From positions 3,781 to 67,780 of the forward strand of contig DAIMJI010000003.1 of assembly GCA_036722335.1 (NCBI GenBank): 64,000 bases of DNA. Reading direction: 5' to 3'. This document shows, piece by piece, positions 18,814 through 28,569 of this stretch. A program made the translations under genes and the position numbers. Under the pieces are notes generated by a model. It saw only the letters and a list, made by a program, of their open reading frames with translations. It searched no databases and was not told the origin of the DNA. This stretch comes from Synergistales bacterium (GTDB lineage: Bacteria; Synergistota; Synergistia; Synergistales; 79-D21). The first letter of the stretch is position 1. The number at the start of each line of letters is the position of its first letter.

Positions 18814-20679
18814 CTACTGGCTTGCGGCAGGTTTTATCGAATAGGTCCCGGGCTTGAGGTATGAGGTGTATTCTTCCAGTTTCTTCCTGTCACCCAACCT
18901 CCCGTACCAATTGATCAAGACGTTCAGTTCCCTGGCCTGGGGCTGCCTGAGGAAGTAGGCCTCGAGCCTGGCCAGACCCTCACCCAGGGCGCGGCCGTCT
19001 TTCCTTGCCGTTGCCAGGGCCAGGTAATGTTCCGCGTAGGCGCGGTCGGTCAGGTCACGAAGCATCAGGCTCCTTGAGGCCTTCTCGAGCGTCTTCTCCT
19101 GGAACTGCGCGTCCCGGCTTCGCATCGCCAGTGCGAGGGCATGATCGGCGACGAGGCCATTCGAGAGCATGACAAGTCCTGAAAGGGCGGTCCCGAGGAC
19201 CATAAGCCCGAATCCTTTCCAGATCAGCGGACGATTGATCTCGCTCCAGGAAAACCTTTCCGGCAGGAACTCTCTCCCGAAGAACGCAAAGGCAAAGCTG
19301 ACCCACAATGCGTCCTCGATTCGGTGAAAGGGCCTTTCGCCCCAAAGAGCCACGGTCCAGACCAGCGCCAATAAGGAAGCCGACCAGAGTCCCTCAAGAG
19401 AGATCCTCCTTCCGGAGATCATCGCTTTTATCACATGCCATGCGCACCAGAATAAAATGCCAAGAAGGAAAAGTCCGCCCAGGATTCCCGTTTCACAAAA
19501 CCAGTGAAGGATTTCGCTATGTGCCCACATGGTATATTGCCACTTCAGGCCAGAACCAGGGTAACGGCGGAAGAGATCCCTTTGGGCATCAAGATAGTTC
19601 CACTTGAAATGGCCTAGGCCCACTCCGCCTACAGGGTGGCTTTTCAGCATCGTCAGGGCCGTAGCGTAGATGCTTAATCGTCCCGAATCCGCTTCCGAAA
19701 GCTCGCTCTTTTCGCCAGCGGCTCCCTTTGCGAGGCTTTCCGCCTTTTCCACCAGTGCCTGCGTACGCGAGGTGTTGAACTGGTAGGCGGCTCCCATGGC
19801 AAGTAATACAAGGAGGAGAGCAGGCGCAAGCGTTTTGAGAAACCCCTTCCCCTTCGACCGAACCCCCATCAAGGACAGGATCAATGACCCGGCCAGGAAA
19901 GCCAGCAGGCTCTGCCGGCTGGTCGTTGAAAAAAGCCCCCAGGAATTCACGGCTACGAGGCTTGAGTTCAATCCCGTGAGGAGCAGGATCCACATGTTCT
20001 TTCCCCGCTTTTCCCGCTCCTCTGCCAGCATGAGATGGAGAACGAGACCCGAAAGAAGGGCCAGGGCCACCCAAATGCCCAGCATGTTCTGCTGTCCCGT
20101 GTTACCGACATAATTCCCCGGAACGGGCAGGATGAAGGAGGGCAGGTTTGCCGAGCGTACCTGCATCTCCGCGAAAAGCGTATTCAGCGCCGCGTTCAAA
20201 CCCGCCCCGAAGAGGACGAGCATGAACATGTCCCGTCGGCGGAAGAAATTCGAGCAAATGACCATCGCGATGAACATGCCGGCAAAAAACATCCATTCCC
20301 TCGCGAAGGTCGGAACGGAGATATTCCGGATCCAGGCCGGCTGGATCGTGACGTAGAGGAGGAGGAAAAGCCACATCCAGCCTAGTGGATCGATAATGAA
20401 GCTTTTCCGACTGGCCGGGCGCAGAAGGATCATCGCTCCGGTCGCTGAAGCGAGAACCGCAATCGGGGCAAGAGCCGAGGTCCACTTCAGGATATGCAGC
20501 GACTGGAAAAAGGCCGCCCCCGGAGAAAACACCAGGTTAGGCACCACGAGCGAAAGACAGATCAGGGGATAAAACAGCCACTCGGGCAACAGGGGGGATT
20601 CCGTAGCCTCCAGCGAGGATGTTCCGTCGTCCGGGACTTTTTTCTCAAACGCAGGGCTGTTCCTGTTTTTTCTTGTCAT
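18814..20679 (-). CDS. O-antigen ligase / Wzy_C-family polytopic membrane protein with a C-terminal helical-repeat (TPR-like) domain
   Basis: 621 aa with at least 10 predicted TM helices. A Wzy_C-like loop is present (SRQSLLAFLAG...WAHSEILHWFCETGILGG). The soluble C-terminus is rich in A/L/R repeats. Confidence 0.7.
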   Translation of the reverse strand: MTRKNRNSPAFEKKVPDDGTSSLEATESPLLPEWLFYPLICLSLVVPNLVFSPGAAFFQSLHILKWTSALAPIAVLASATGAMILLRPASRKSFIIDPLGWMWLFLLLYVTIQPAWIRNISVPTFAREWMFFAGMFIAMVICSNFFRRRDMFMLVLFGAGLNAALNTLFAEMQVRSANLPSFILPVPGNYVGNTGQQNMLGIWVALALLSGLVLHLMLAEEREKRGKNMWILLLTGLNSSLVAVNSWGLFSTTSRQSLLAFLAGSLILSLMGVRSKGKGFLKTLAPALLLVLLAMGAAYQFNTSRTQALVEKAESLAKGAAGEKSELSEADSGRLSIYATALTMLKSHPVGGVGLGHFKWNYLDAQRDLFRRYPGSGLKWQYTMWAHSEILHWFCETGILGGLFLLGILFWCAWHVIKAMISGRRISLEGLWSASLLALVWTVALWGERPFHRIEDALWVSFAFAFFGREFLPERFSWSEINRPLIWKGFGLMVLGTALSGLVMLSNGLVADHALALAMRSRDAQFQEKTLEKASRSLMLRDLTDRAYAEHYLALATARKDGRALGEGLARLEAYFLRQPQARELNVLINWYGRLGDRKKLEEYTSYLKPGTYSIKPAASQ

Positions 20680-20711
20680 GTGGACTGGGTTCGCCCTCTC
20701 TCATACCCACC

Positions 20712-22058
20712 CTATGCTGGGCGGTATCTTTCGGCGTTCACGAAACGCGTGTATTCCCTCATGAAGACAAGGGAAACCGTCCCCGTCGGCCCGTTCCTGT
20801 GCTTGGCGATAATCGCCTCGGCGACATTGTCTTCCTCTTCAGGATTAGTGGCGTAGTAACCCGGGCGATACAGGAGAATGACCAGGTCCGCGTCCTGCTC
20901 GATCGCTCCGCTGTCCCTCAGGTCGGAAAGCTGGGGTCGCTTGTCCTGCCTTTGCTCCACGGCCCTTGAAAGCTGGGAAAGGGCGATGATCGGCACATCG
21001 AGTTCCCGGGCAATCCCCTTAAGGGAGCGGGATATTTCGGCCACTTCCTGCTGTTTGCTGTCCGTCGGTTTCGAAAGGTGCATGAGCTGGAGGTAGTCGA
21101 CCACAATCATCCCCACATCATTCTTTCTTGCCTTGAACCTTCGGCATCTTGCCCGCAATTCAAGGGTCGAGAGGACAGAACTGTCGTCTATGAAGATCGG
21201 GGCCTGGGAAAGCCGGCCCGCTGCGTCGGCCAGGGCTTCCCAGGCGCTCTCGTGGAAAGTCCCGGTCCGCAGGTCGTGCACGTTGACCCGGGCTTCTGAA
21301 GCAAGCATCCGCTGGGCAAGCTGCTCACCGCCCATTTCAAGGCTGAAGACGAGAACCGGGCGTTTCCTTTCGAGCGCGGCAAACTGCGCGATATTAAGGG
21401 CCAGGGCCGTTTTTCCCATTGAGGGCCTGGCCGCGATGATATTCAGGCTGCCTGGCTGGAACCCCGCGGTTAGCCGGTCGAAATCGACAAATCCCGAGGA
21501 AACGCCCGTAACGGACTCCTGCTGCTGGAAGTGTGTCTCTATCTGCTGGAAAGCGACTCCCAGTATGTCCCCGATATGGCGGAAAGATTTTTCCCCGCCA
21601 CGGCGGGCGATCTCGAACACGGAACGCTCCGCCTCGTCAAGGATATCCTCCATCTCCCGATCCTCGGCATAACCGAGCTTGACGATATCGCTCCCGACCT
21701 GGACCAGCCTCCTATGGACCGACTTGTCCCTTACAATGCGGGCATGGTATTCGACATTGGCTATCGTGGGCACCGTATCGACGAGTCCGGCGAGGAACCC
21801 CTGCCCCCCCAGGCGATCCGCAAGTTCTCGCCTCGAAATCTCTTCCCAGATCGTGAGAGGGTCTACGGGCTTGTCCTTTCGGGCCATATCCATCACGACC
21901 TCGAAGGCCAGCCGATGCTTCGTGTCGTAAAAATCTTCTCCGACGAGAGTCTCCGTCACGAGAAGAAGGGAGTCCCTATCCAGCAGGCACGCCCCGAGCA
22001 CGGCTCGTTCTGCATCCAGGCTATGGGGGGGGATCCTTTCAAAGGGACTCGTGCCCAC
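20712..22058 (-). CDS. dnaB: Replicative DNA helicase DnaB
   Basis: 448 aa. It has PPHSLDAERAVLG, Walker A ARPSMGKT, and RecA-like C-terminal motifs. Confidence 0.95.
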   Translation of the reverse strand: MGTSPFERIPPHSLDAERAVLGACLLDRDSLLLVTETLVGEDFYDTKHRLAFEVVMDMARKDKPVDPLTIWEEISRRELADRLGGQGFLAGLVDTVPTIANVEYHARIVRDKSVHRRLVQVGSDIVKLGYAEDREMEDILDEAERSVFEIARRGGEKSFRHIGDILGVAFQQIETHFQQQESVTGVSSGFVDFDRLTAGFQPGSLNIIAARPSMGKTALALNIAQFAALERKRPVLVFSLEMGGEQLAQRMLASEARVNVHDLRTGTFHESAWEALADAAGRLSQAPIFIDDSSVLSTLELRARCRRFKARKNDVGMIVVDYLQLMHLSKPTDSKQQEVAEISRSLKGIARELDVPIIALSQLSRAVEQRQDKRPQLSDLRDSGAIEQDADLVILLYRPGYYATNPEEEDNVAEAIIAKHRNGPTGTVSLVFMREYTRFVNAERYRPA

Positions 22059-22059
22059 C

Positions 22060-22506
22060 TTATTCCGCCTCCACCAAAACGCTCAGTTCCGCCTCGACGT
22101 TTGCGTAGAGCTTGACGGAAAGACCGTAACGGCCAACCTGTCGAATGGTCTCGGAGACTCGGATATCCTTCTTGTCCACCTTCACGTGAAGCTGTTCCGC
22201 TACCGCCTGGGCAATCATAGCGGTCGTGACGCTGCCGAAGAGCTTGCCTGATTCGCCGGCGCTAGCCTTCAGGGACACCTGCTTCCCCTGTATGGCACGC
22301 CTGGTTTCCTGGGCGGCCTTCTCTGCCTTGTCAGCCTTTTGGGCCAAGTCTTTCTTCCTCGTTTCCCATTCCTTCTTCCGTCCCTCGGTCGCTTCTTCGG
22401 CCAAGCCTCTCGGAATCAGGAAATTCCTCGCGTAGCCGTCGGATACGTCCAGCAGTTCACCCTTTTTTCCTATCTTGCTGACGTCTTCTTTTAGGATGAC
22501 CTTCAT
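22060..22506 (-). CDS. rplI: 50S ribosomal protein L9
   Basis: 148 aa from [32 protein letters not shown]. The ORF-track entry (to 22908) is a spurious upstream extension. Confidence 0.95.
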   Translation of the reverse strand: MKVILKEDVSKIGKKGELLDVSDGYARNFLIPRGLAEEATEGRKKEWETRKKDLAQKADKAEKAAQETRRAIQGKQVSLKASAGESGKLFGSVTTAMIAQAVAEQLHVKVDKKDIRVSETIRQVGRYGLSVKLYANVEAELSVLVEAE

Positions 22507-22511
22507 TTCGT

Positions 22512-23468
22512 TCACCTCCAAAGGCGAGTTCGCAAATCCCACCAAATATCGACAAGTCCAACGATGATCAAAAAGTATGAAAGGATGGGGACAAGGGCAG
22601 CCACGAAAATTATAAGGCCTCTCGCGAGCTTGCCGGAAAAACGGGTTCGTCCAAGAAGGGCCCAGGCGACAGAAACGCCCTGGATCATGAATAGGAGGGA
22701 GACCAAAAGCCGAAGGTTGATCCCTATTTTCGACAGGGTCGCACCCCATGCCGAACTTCCTCCCATCAACGGTAATAAGGCAGAGGCCAGCAGGGCCCAG
22801 AAGATGTTCCGGGGAAAACGCCATTCCCCGAAGGGCGGAAGGGGAGGCAGGACTCCGCGGCCTAGCCTCACCAGGATCAGTCTGCTTACAACGTAACTGA
22901 GCAGGCAATCGATCGCCGAAGCGATCGAAAGCAACGCGGGGAAAACCTGGGGAAGTACCTTAAGGGTCGCCTCAAACTGCTTTTTCATTGCCGAGAGTGA
23001 CTCCGCGGGAATCAACCCGGTTTTTGAGTAGATAGACATGACTCTTTCGAGAACCGCCTCGAAGTCGCCTGTCTCGAGAGAAAAGGGGTTCACTCCGGTG
23101 AGGCGGCTCACGATGACCATGAGAATAAGTTTGCTTGCAAGGGAAACGAGTATCCCGTAAAGGACGATTTCGACAGCATTGTCCCGGCGCCTTCCGAGTG
23201 CACCAAGGCCAACGCCGAGTATCGCGAACCCGAACAGGAAGAACGTGCCCCCTACCAACCCAAGGACGATCGAAATGATGATTGTCGCAACAATCGACCC
23301 CAGGGCGGCCCTTTTCAGGCTATGCCGAAGCCCCAGCACGACAAGGGGGGCCGGGCAAAGGAACGTGAAGGCGATTCCGAGGACAGGGATCGTGTTGCTC
23401 GCCATAAAGAGGACAACAGCCAGGGCGACAAGCAGGGAAGATTCGACTAGCGCCTTAGTTCGGGTCAT
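22512..23468 (-). CDS. DUF2232 (YybS-like) integral membrane protein
   Basis: 318 aa and polytopic. It is placed directly upstream of rplI-dnaB, like Bacillus yybS. Confidence 0.65.
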   Translation of the reverse strand: MTRTKALVESSLLVALAVVLFMASNTIPVLGIAFTFLCPAPLVVLGLRHSLKRAALGSIVATIIISIVLGLVGGTFFLFGFAILGVGLGALGRRRDNAVEIVLYGILVSLASKLILMVIVSRLTGVNPFSLETGDFEAVLERVMSIYSKTGLIPAESLSAMKKQFEATLKVLPQVFPALLSIASAIDCLLSYVVSRLILVRLGRGVLPPLPPFGEWRFPRNIFWALLASALLPLMGGSSAWGATLSKIGINLRLLVSLLFMIQGVSVAWALLGRTRFSGKLARGLIIFVAALVPILSYFLIIVGLVDIWWDLRTRLWR

Positions 23469-23484
23469 GAGGGCCTCCGCTTCT

Positions 23485-23521
23485 AAAAAAGGGGGGAGGA
23501 GCCAGCAAGGCGCCCCTCCCC
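23485..23521 (-). terminator. Candidate terminator after rpsR
   Basis: The minus-strand RNA GGGGAGG...CCUCCCC is followed by UUUUUU. Confidence 0.5.
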
Positions 23522-23550
23522 TTCTTGACCATCCAGCCTTCCCGACGCGC

Positions 23551-23784
23551 CTAGTCGGCGGAAAAAGGAAGGAGAGCCATGATCCGGGCGCATTTGATTG
23601 CCCGGGTCAGCTGCCTCTGGTGTTTCGCGCAATTTCCCGTAACGCGCCGCGGGACGATCTTTCCCCTCTCGGTAATGAAGCGCCGCAGCCTCTCGATATC
23701 CTTCGGGTCGACGTAATCGATCTTATCCGAGCAGAACTGGCAGACCTTCGGCCGACGCCTAGTCCGCTTCCTGGTGAAAGCCAT
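23551..23784 (-). CDS. rpsR: 30S ribosomal protein S18
   Basis: It reads [18 protein letters not shown]...[17 protein letters not shown]. An AAGGAGG SD lies upstream of the ATG at 23784. Confidence 0.95.
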   Translation of the reverse strand: MAFTRKRTRRRPKVCQFCSDKIDYVDPKDIERLRRFITERGKIVPRRVTGNCAKHQRQLTRAIKCARIMALLPFSAD

Positions 23785-23825
23785 CTGTTCGTTGCCTCCT
23801 TTTTTTCTGTCGTGCAAGAGGCGGT

Positions 23826-24311
23826 TCAGAAGGGAATATCGGCGTCATCTTCGCCGGATTCCACTTCGGAGATATCCATGGGAAATTCTTCGAAGGCCTT
23901 TTCGTCCCTCAGGCTTGATACCTGGCCATTGGGCCTGAAGGCTGGAGCAGGCGAAGTTTCCTCCTCGCGTCTTCCTCCAAGGAAAACAACTCCCTGGGAA
24001 ACGACCTCGGTAACGTAACGCTTTTCGCCTTCCTTCGTTTCGTAGCTGCGGACCTGCAGCCGTCCTTCAACCAGCACGGGGCGTCCTTTTCTGAGATAAC
24101 GTTCGCAGTTTTCCGCATCGCTACCCCATACGACCACCGGGATGAAATCGGTCTGGTCAACAACCTCTCCGCTTTTTCCCTTGTACTGTCTCCCGACCGC
24201 AACCGTCAATTTCGCCACGGCCTGCTTCGATGCCGTATAACGAATCTCGGGGTCCCGCGCCAGATTACCCATGATGACAACCTTGTTGAAACCTCTTGCC
24301 AACACGTCCAC
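23826..24311 (-). CDS. ssb: Single-stranded DNA-binding protein
   Basis: 161 aa. It has an OB fold ([18 protein letters not shown]) and an acidic tail ending DDADIPF. Confidence 0.95.
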   Translation of the reverse strand: MDVLARGFNKVVIMGNLARDPEIRYTASKQAVAKLTVAVGRQYKGKSGEVVDQTDFIPVVVWGSDAENCERYLRKGRPVLVEGRLQVRSYETKEGEKRYVTEVVSQGVVFLGGRREEETSPAPAFRPNGQVSSLRDEKAFEEFPMDISEVESGEDDADIPF

Positions 24312-24319
24312 CGTCCTTC

Positions 24320-24601
24320 CTATTCGTCTAGACGGATGACCATGTGCCGCAGGACCTGGGGACGAAGCTTGAGCACCCGGTCAAGTTCAACGACCTGGGC
24401 GGGATCAATCTTCATGTTGAAGACGGCGTAGAAGCCTTCCTGTTCCTTTTCAACAAGATAGGCCAGCCTCCTCTTTCCCCAGACATCGACCTTGGCCACT
24501 TCACCCCCGAGGGACGCGACAAGCGCCTGGAGTTCCTCGAGAAGGGTCTTATGATCCTCCACGTCAGCTCTGAGCAGAAGCATCATATCGTAAGGTCGCA
24601 C
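24320..24601 (-). CDS. rpsF: 30S ribosomal protein S6
   Basis: 93 aa from the GTG at 24601 (VRPYDMMLLLRADV...), with a GGGAGGAGG SD upstream. The ORF-track start at 24658 is an extension. Confidence 0.9.
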   Translation of the reverse strand: MRPYDMMLLLRADVEDHKTLLEELQALVASLGGEVAKVDVWGKRRLAYLVEKEQEGFYAVFNMKIDPAQVVELDRVLKLRPQVLRHMVIRLDE

Positions 24602-24629
24602 CTGGATCACCTCCTCCCTTTGGACTATG

Positions 24630-24649
24630 GCCCCTCCCGGCGGAGGGGC
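24630..24649 (-). promoter_or_regulatory. rpsF 5'-leader hairpin (candidate S6:S18 autoregulatory element)
   Basis: A perfect 8-bp GC stem (GCCCCUCC-GCCG-GGAGGGGC) lies in the 5' UTR between the promoter and the SD. Confidence 0.45.
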
Positions 24650-24666
24650 AGGGAACACGAGGGAAA

Positions 24667-24695
24667 ATTATACCTTATGGGTGCTGCCGCGACAA
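24667..24695 (-). promoter_or_regulatory. Candidate sigma-70 promoter of rpsF-ssb-rpsR (TTGTCG-N17-TATAAT)
   Basis: The minus strand has a perfect TATAAT at 24672..24667. The -35-like TTGTCG lies 17 nt upstream, inside the end of the FtsB-like gene. Confidence 0.55.
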
Positions 24696-24980
24696 CTGGT
24701 CTTCCGACTCGATCTCGATCCGATAGATCTTCTCGCCCGGCAGGGCAAGGTTAAAATCCTGCCTGGCCCTCCTGGCTATCCCTTCCGGTGTCTGCAGGAA
24801 CCTCAATTGGGCCTGCAATTCCTGGATTGTCCGGCTCAAACGGACCAACTCTTCCATTCGCTGGTCAACCAGGGTTTTCAGGCGGCTGGCCCGTCTCAAC
24901 TCGATGAAGGTTCCCGTCCCGATGATGGCGAGCAGGACACCGACCACGGCCATGACCATGACCCAGCGCAGCCTGACCAA
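24675..24980 (-). CDS. Septum formation initiator family protein (FtsB/DivIC-like)
   Basis: 101 aa. It has one TM helix followed by coiled coil, then IARRARQDFNLALPGEKIYRIE, which is typical of DivIC/FtsB. Confidence 0.7.
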   Translation of the reverse strand: MVRLRWVMVMAVVGVLLAIIGTGTFIELRRASRLKTLVDQRMEELVRLSRTIQELQAQLRFLQTPEGIARRARQDFNLALPGEKIYRIEIESEDQLSRQHP

Positions 24981-24986
24981 AAGAGG

Positions 24987-26648
24987 CTACATCCTTTCCG
25001 GTGCCTTGACCCTGAGGATCCCGAGGGCATTCGTAAGGGCCACCCGGGTCGCCTCCACAAGGCAGAGCCTCGCCTTCGACAAGTTGTCGTCCACCCCGAG
25101 AACACGGTGGGCATTGTAGAACGCGTGAAATTCGGATGCGAGGTCATAAGCGAAAAACGCGATCCTGTGCGCCGCCAATTCGGAGGCAGCTTTCTCCACC
25201 TCTTCCGGGAAACGGGCAATACGCTTGGCAAGAGCCTTTTCTTCCGGTTCCACCAGAAGGTTGACATCGACCGAGGCAGGATCCGGAATCTTGACCTCCC
25301 TGGCAGCCGCTTCCCGAAGGATGCTTTGTATCCGGGCGTGAGCGTACTGGACGTAAAAAACGGGGTTGTCCGTGGATGCCTTTTTCGCCAGTTCGAGGTC
25401 GAAATCCAGGTGACTGTCACAACGCCTCATGGCGAACAGGAAACGGGCAGCATCTATTCCAACCTCGTCGAGAACCTCCCTGAGGGTGACGAATTCGCCC
25501 GAGCGGGTCGACATCGAAACCTGGTGCCCGCCCCTGAGGAGGTTGACGAACTGGATAAGAAGGATCTGCAGCGCTTCCCTGTCTTTCCCCAGGGCTTCAA
25601 CGGCTGCTTTCATCCGCGGGACATAGCCATGGTGATCCGCGCCCCATACATCGATCACCAGGTCGAACCCCCGGTCGAACTTTTCCTTGTGATAAGCGAC
25701 GTCCGAAGCGAAATAGGTCGTGACGCCGTTGCTCCTTACAAGGACCCTGTCCTTATCGTCACCAAAAGCCGTCGTCCTGAACCAGAGAGCTCCGTCCTTG
25801 TCGTAGGCGTGCCCTCTCTCCTTAAGGAAATCCAGTGCGGTTCCCACAAGTTTCTTCTCGTAAAGGGATTTTTCCGAAAACCAGACATCGAAGCTGACTC
25901 CAAAAAGAGAAAGATCCTGCTTGATCCCTTCCAGGATCGTGTCCGCCGCGTGTAACTGGAATACCGGGAAACTCTCCTCCAGGGGGAGATCAAGGTATTG
26001 TTTCCCGTCCCTTTCGATTATTTCTCTTGCCAGGTCGTAAATGTAATCCCCTTTATAGCCGTTTTCCGGGAACGGGGCTTTATCTTCGGCCCCCAGTATT
26101 TCAAAATACCGGGCCTGGGTCGATTGGCCCAGGAGGTTCATCTGCAGTCCCGCGTCGTTGATGTAATACTCCCTTTCGACATCCCAGCCGGCATACTCGA
26201 GAAGGCTGGCGGTCATGTCCCCAACCGCGGCCCCACGTCCATGACCCACATGCAGGGGGCCTGTCGGGTTGGCGCTTACGAACTCGACCTGCACTTTCCT
26301 GCCTTTCCCCTGGTCCGACCTTCCAAACTTTTCCCGTTCAGTCACTGCCGCTTCCAGCACATCGCTAACCCAAAGGTTTGTCACGAAAAAATTGATGAAA
26401 CCCGGCCCGGCCACCTCGATCTTTTCCAGGTGCGGATCCTTCCCGATCCTGGAAACGATTTCTTCAGCCAGTTCCCTTGGCTTGGCCTTGAGCGGTTTCG
26501 CCAGAAGCATCGCGATGTTGCTCGCCCAGTCGCCCTGTCCTTCATGCCGCGGCCTTTCAAGCAGGACCTCCGGCACTTCCCCGGGATTGAGCCCCTTCGC
26601 CATCGCCGCTTCTTTTGCGGCGCTTTCCAGGAGGTCCTTAAGGAACAT
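24987..26648 (-). CDS. argS: Arginine--tRNA ligase
   Basis: It has class I aaRS motifs (SANPTGPLHVGH, MSTRSGE) and a DALR anticodon-binding C-terminus. The ATG at 26648 has a GAAGGAAG SD. An alternative start lies at 26672. Confidence 0.95.
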   Translation of the reverse strand: MFLKDLLESAAKEAAMAKGLNPGEVPEVLLERPRHEGQGDWASNIAMLLAKPLKAKPRELAEEIVSRIGKDPHLEKIEVAGPGFINFFVTNLWVSDVLEAAVTEREKFGRSDQGKGRKVQVEFVSANPTGPLHVGHGRGAAVGDMTASLLEYAGWDVEREYYINDAGLQMNLLGQSTQARYFEILGAEDKAPFPENGYKGDYIYDLAREIIERDGKQYLDLPLEESFPVFQLHAADTILEGIKQDLSLFGVSFDVWFSEKSLYEKKLVGTALDFLKERGHAYDKDGALWFRTTAFGDDKDRVLVRSNGVTTYFASDVAYHKEKFDRGFDLVIDVWGADHHGYVPRMKAAVEALGKDREALQILLIQFVNLLRGGHQVSMSTRSGEFVTLREVLDEVGIDAARFLFAMRRCDSHLDFDLELAKKASTDNPVFYVQYAHARIQSILREAAAREVKIPDPASVDVNLLVEPEEKALAKRIARFPEEVEKAASELAAHRIAFFAYDLASEFHAFYNAHRVLGVDDNLSKARLCLVEATRVALTNALGILRVKAPERM

Positions 26649-26678
26649 TGAGACTTCCTTCATCCTCACCATCTCCCA

Positions 26679-28565
26679 TCAACGCTTTCGCAGCGGTATC
26701 GTATTTGCCCCCCATCGCATCACCGACGGGATGATTTCCTCGAGGGACGCCATTCCATTCTTATCAGGACTCAAGGCCGTTACGGAGAAGGTCTGGCTGG
26801 CTTCGATAACCCCTTTTCCCTCCCTGTTCCTGAATGTTTCCTCCAGCTTGGCCACCCCCCCGTCCTTTCCCCTCAGGACCGGGGCCTCAAGAAGGCGGTA
26901 GCCTGGCGGAAGCTTGAGGGAAAACTCTTGTCTTATCGAAAAGGGGAACCTGAAGGAGGGCGCCCCGTTCGCTTCCAGGATCTCCTTTAGGCCTGGCAAT
27001 TCCACTGCCGGGAACCTTACGAGAAGGTCTTTCTGCGATGATATCCCGAGCAAACCGCTCACGGGAAGAGCGATCTTTACCCCACCGCCGGATTCCGACA
27101 GCTCCGGCGTTCCCATCCCGGAGAGAAACGGCGTGGACGCAAGCATGGTTCTTGCAAGTCCTTCCGCCCTTTCCGGGCTTAAGTCCGCCGATGAACGGAC
27201 TAGGGTTTCCCACCCTCCCCTTAGAAGTATCGAAAGCTTCCCTGAAACGAACCCCGTATCGTCAACACCGAGTTCCCAGCTAACGGAAAAACGGTTGGCC
27301 GAAGGGGAGCCCGCGGGAATCTTCTTCGTCTGCAAGACCTCCCCCTCCAGGCGGTAAAGGGTCGCACCAATCAGGACGGATGGTGTCCTTGACGGTTCAA
27401 CTGCCGAGCCCAGGACGAAAAGGAAGGGTTTACCCCCCTGTGGGGATGCCTCGATGACCGGGTATGCCCAGAGAGAATTTCCCGCAGGCATGTTCCCCCC
27501 CACGGGAACGGAAGGCAACCACCATACCTCAGCCTTCCACCCCAGGGACTTCAGCCCCGAATAGGCGATCAGGATGGATTCCCAGTCTGTCCAGGGGCCA
27601 TTGCGAAAACCGGGGTCCTTCGCCTCCCGGACCCAGTTCCCCGGTAAAGCGAAGTCTCCCGACTTATCCTTATTCAAGCGTTCCAGCAGGCGCATGCCTG
27701 ATTTCACCGGGTCCCTTCCGGACAAAAGCGGACCCAGCGCCTCAGGCAGGGGCAAAGGCCTTCGCGCCAACTCGCGCAGGCCTTCCAGCGAGGGCTTGAG
27801 TCCCTCTTTCAGGCTAAAGGCGAGTACGGATACCCCTTCATCCAGGAGCAGGAGGTTTCCTTTCCCCGGAATGTTCTTCGCTGACCAGACATACCTGTCA
27901 ACCGCCGCGTCCTTACGGATCTCAGGCTGGCCAATTCCGCTTCCCGCCCACTTCAGTCCCGCTCCGCGAGGGGTTTCGACCTCCACGCGGAATTCCCACT
28001 GAGGCAATTCCAGCCTGACCTGGATCTGGTCATCGAGGTCAAATCTCCTGGGAAATTGCTCTACTGTCTCGACCAGCAGCATGGAATCCTTTTCGACTTC
28101 AGGGATCCTTACGGAATCACCCGGGACCCCTTCGCCGGATATCGGAACGACTTCCAGGGAGCGCGAAGAGCCTGCACCGGGCATAGAGAAAAGCTTGGCG
28201 CTGACAATGGACGATTTTCCTCCGTCAGGGGCAGGCAACTTCCAGTTCTCCCAGCCCGCAGGCATGCGCCCCCTGTAGGTGACGAGCCATAGCGTGTGTT
28301 TTTCCATGCTCCCGTCGGCAAGCAGGCGAACCGTCAACTGTCTCGACAAAACAAGGGCATTCTGCCCCGGGTAGGAAGACAGGGTCGGTGCTTCCTCCAG
28401 GAGGCGCTCGATTTCCTGCCGAGTTGCCCGTGCATCCTTACCGGTGGCCGCTGCGGCTGATCGCAGGGGGGACAGGAAGAAACAGACCAAAGCGACCAGG
28501 GAGAGAAAGGTGACGACCTGTTTGACGGTCTTCTCGACGGGAAGGAAACCTACCGACTGTTTCAA
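26679..28565 (-). CDS. Large secreted/membrane-anchored hypothetical protein
   Basis: About 628 aa. I propose a TTG start at 28565 (GGAGAG SD, 5 nt after the secA stop). The ORF-track start at 28688 would overlap secA by 119 nt. There is an N-terminal hydrophobic segment (VVTFLSLVALVCFFLSPL). I recognise no catalytic motif. Confidence 0.55.
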   Translation of the reverse strand: MKQSVGFLPVEKTVKQVVTFLSLVALVCFFLSPLRSAAAATGKDARATRQEIERLLEEAPTLSSYPGQNALVLSRQLTVRLLADGSMEKHTLWLVTYRGRMPAGWENWKLPAPDGGKSSIVSAKLFSMPGAGSSRSLEVVPISGEGVPGDSVRIPEVEKDSMLLVETVEQFPRRFDLDDQIQVRLELPQWEFRVEVETPRGAGLKWAGSGIGQPEIRKDAAVDRYVWSAKNIPGKGNLLLLDEGVSVLAFSLKEGLKPSLEGLRELARRPLPLPEALGPLLSGRDPVKSGMRLLERLNKDKSGDFALPGNWVREAKDPGFRNGPWTDWESILIAYSGLKSLGWKAEVWWLPSVPVGGNMPAGNSLWAYPVIEASPQGGKPFLFVLGSAVEPSRTPSVLIGATLYRLEGEVLQTKKIPAGSPSANRFSVSWELGVDDTGFVSGKLSILLRGGWETLVRSSADLSPERAEGLARTMLASTPFLSGMGTPELSESGGGVKIALPVSGLLGISSQKDLLVRFPAVELPGLKEILEANGAPSFRFPFSIRQEFSLKLPPGYRLLEAPVLRGKDGGVAKLEETFRNREGKGVIEASQTFSVTALSPDKNGMASLEEIIPSVMRWGANTIPLRKR

Positions 28566-28569
28566 GAAA

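Noticed and set aside
22507-22908. A 134-aa N-terminal extension of the rplI ORF in the track (282 aa in total).
   Set aside because: L9 is a protein of about 148 aa that begins MKVILKEDV. The extension overlaps the 3' end of the DUF2232 gene in another frame and has shadow-ORF composition.
24627-25955. A 442-aa plus-strand ORF.
   Set aside because: It is antisense to argS and the FtsB-like gene. It has P/R/G-rich composition and no translation signals, so it is a shadow ORF.
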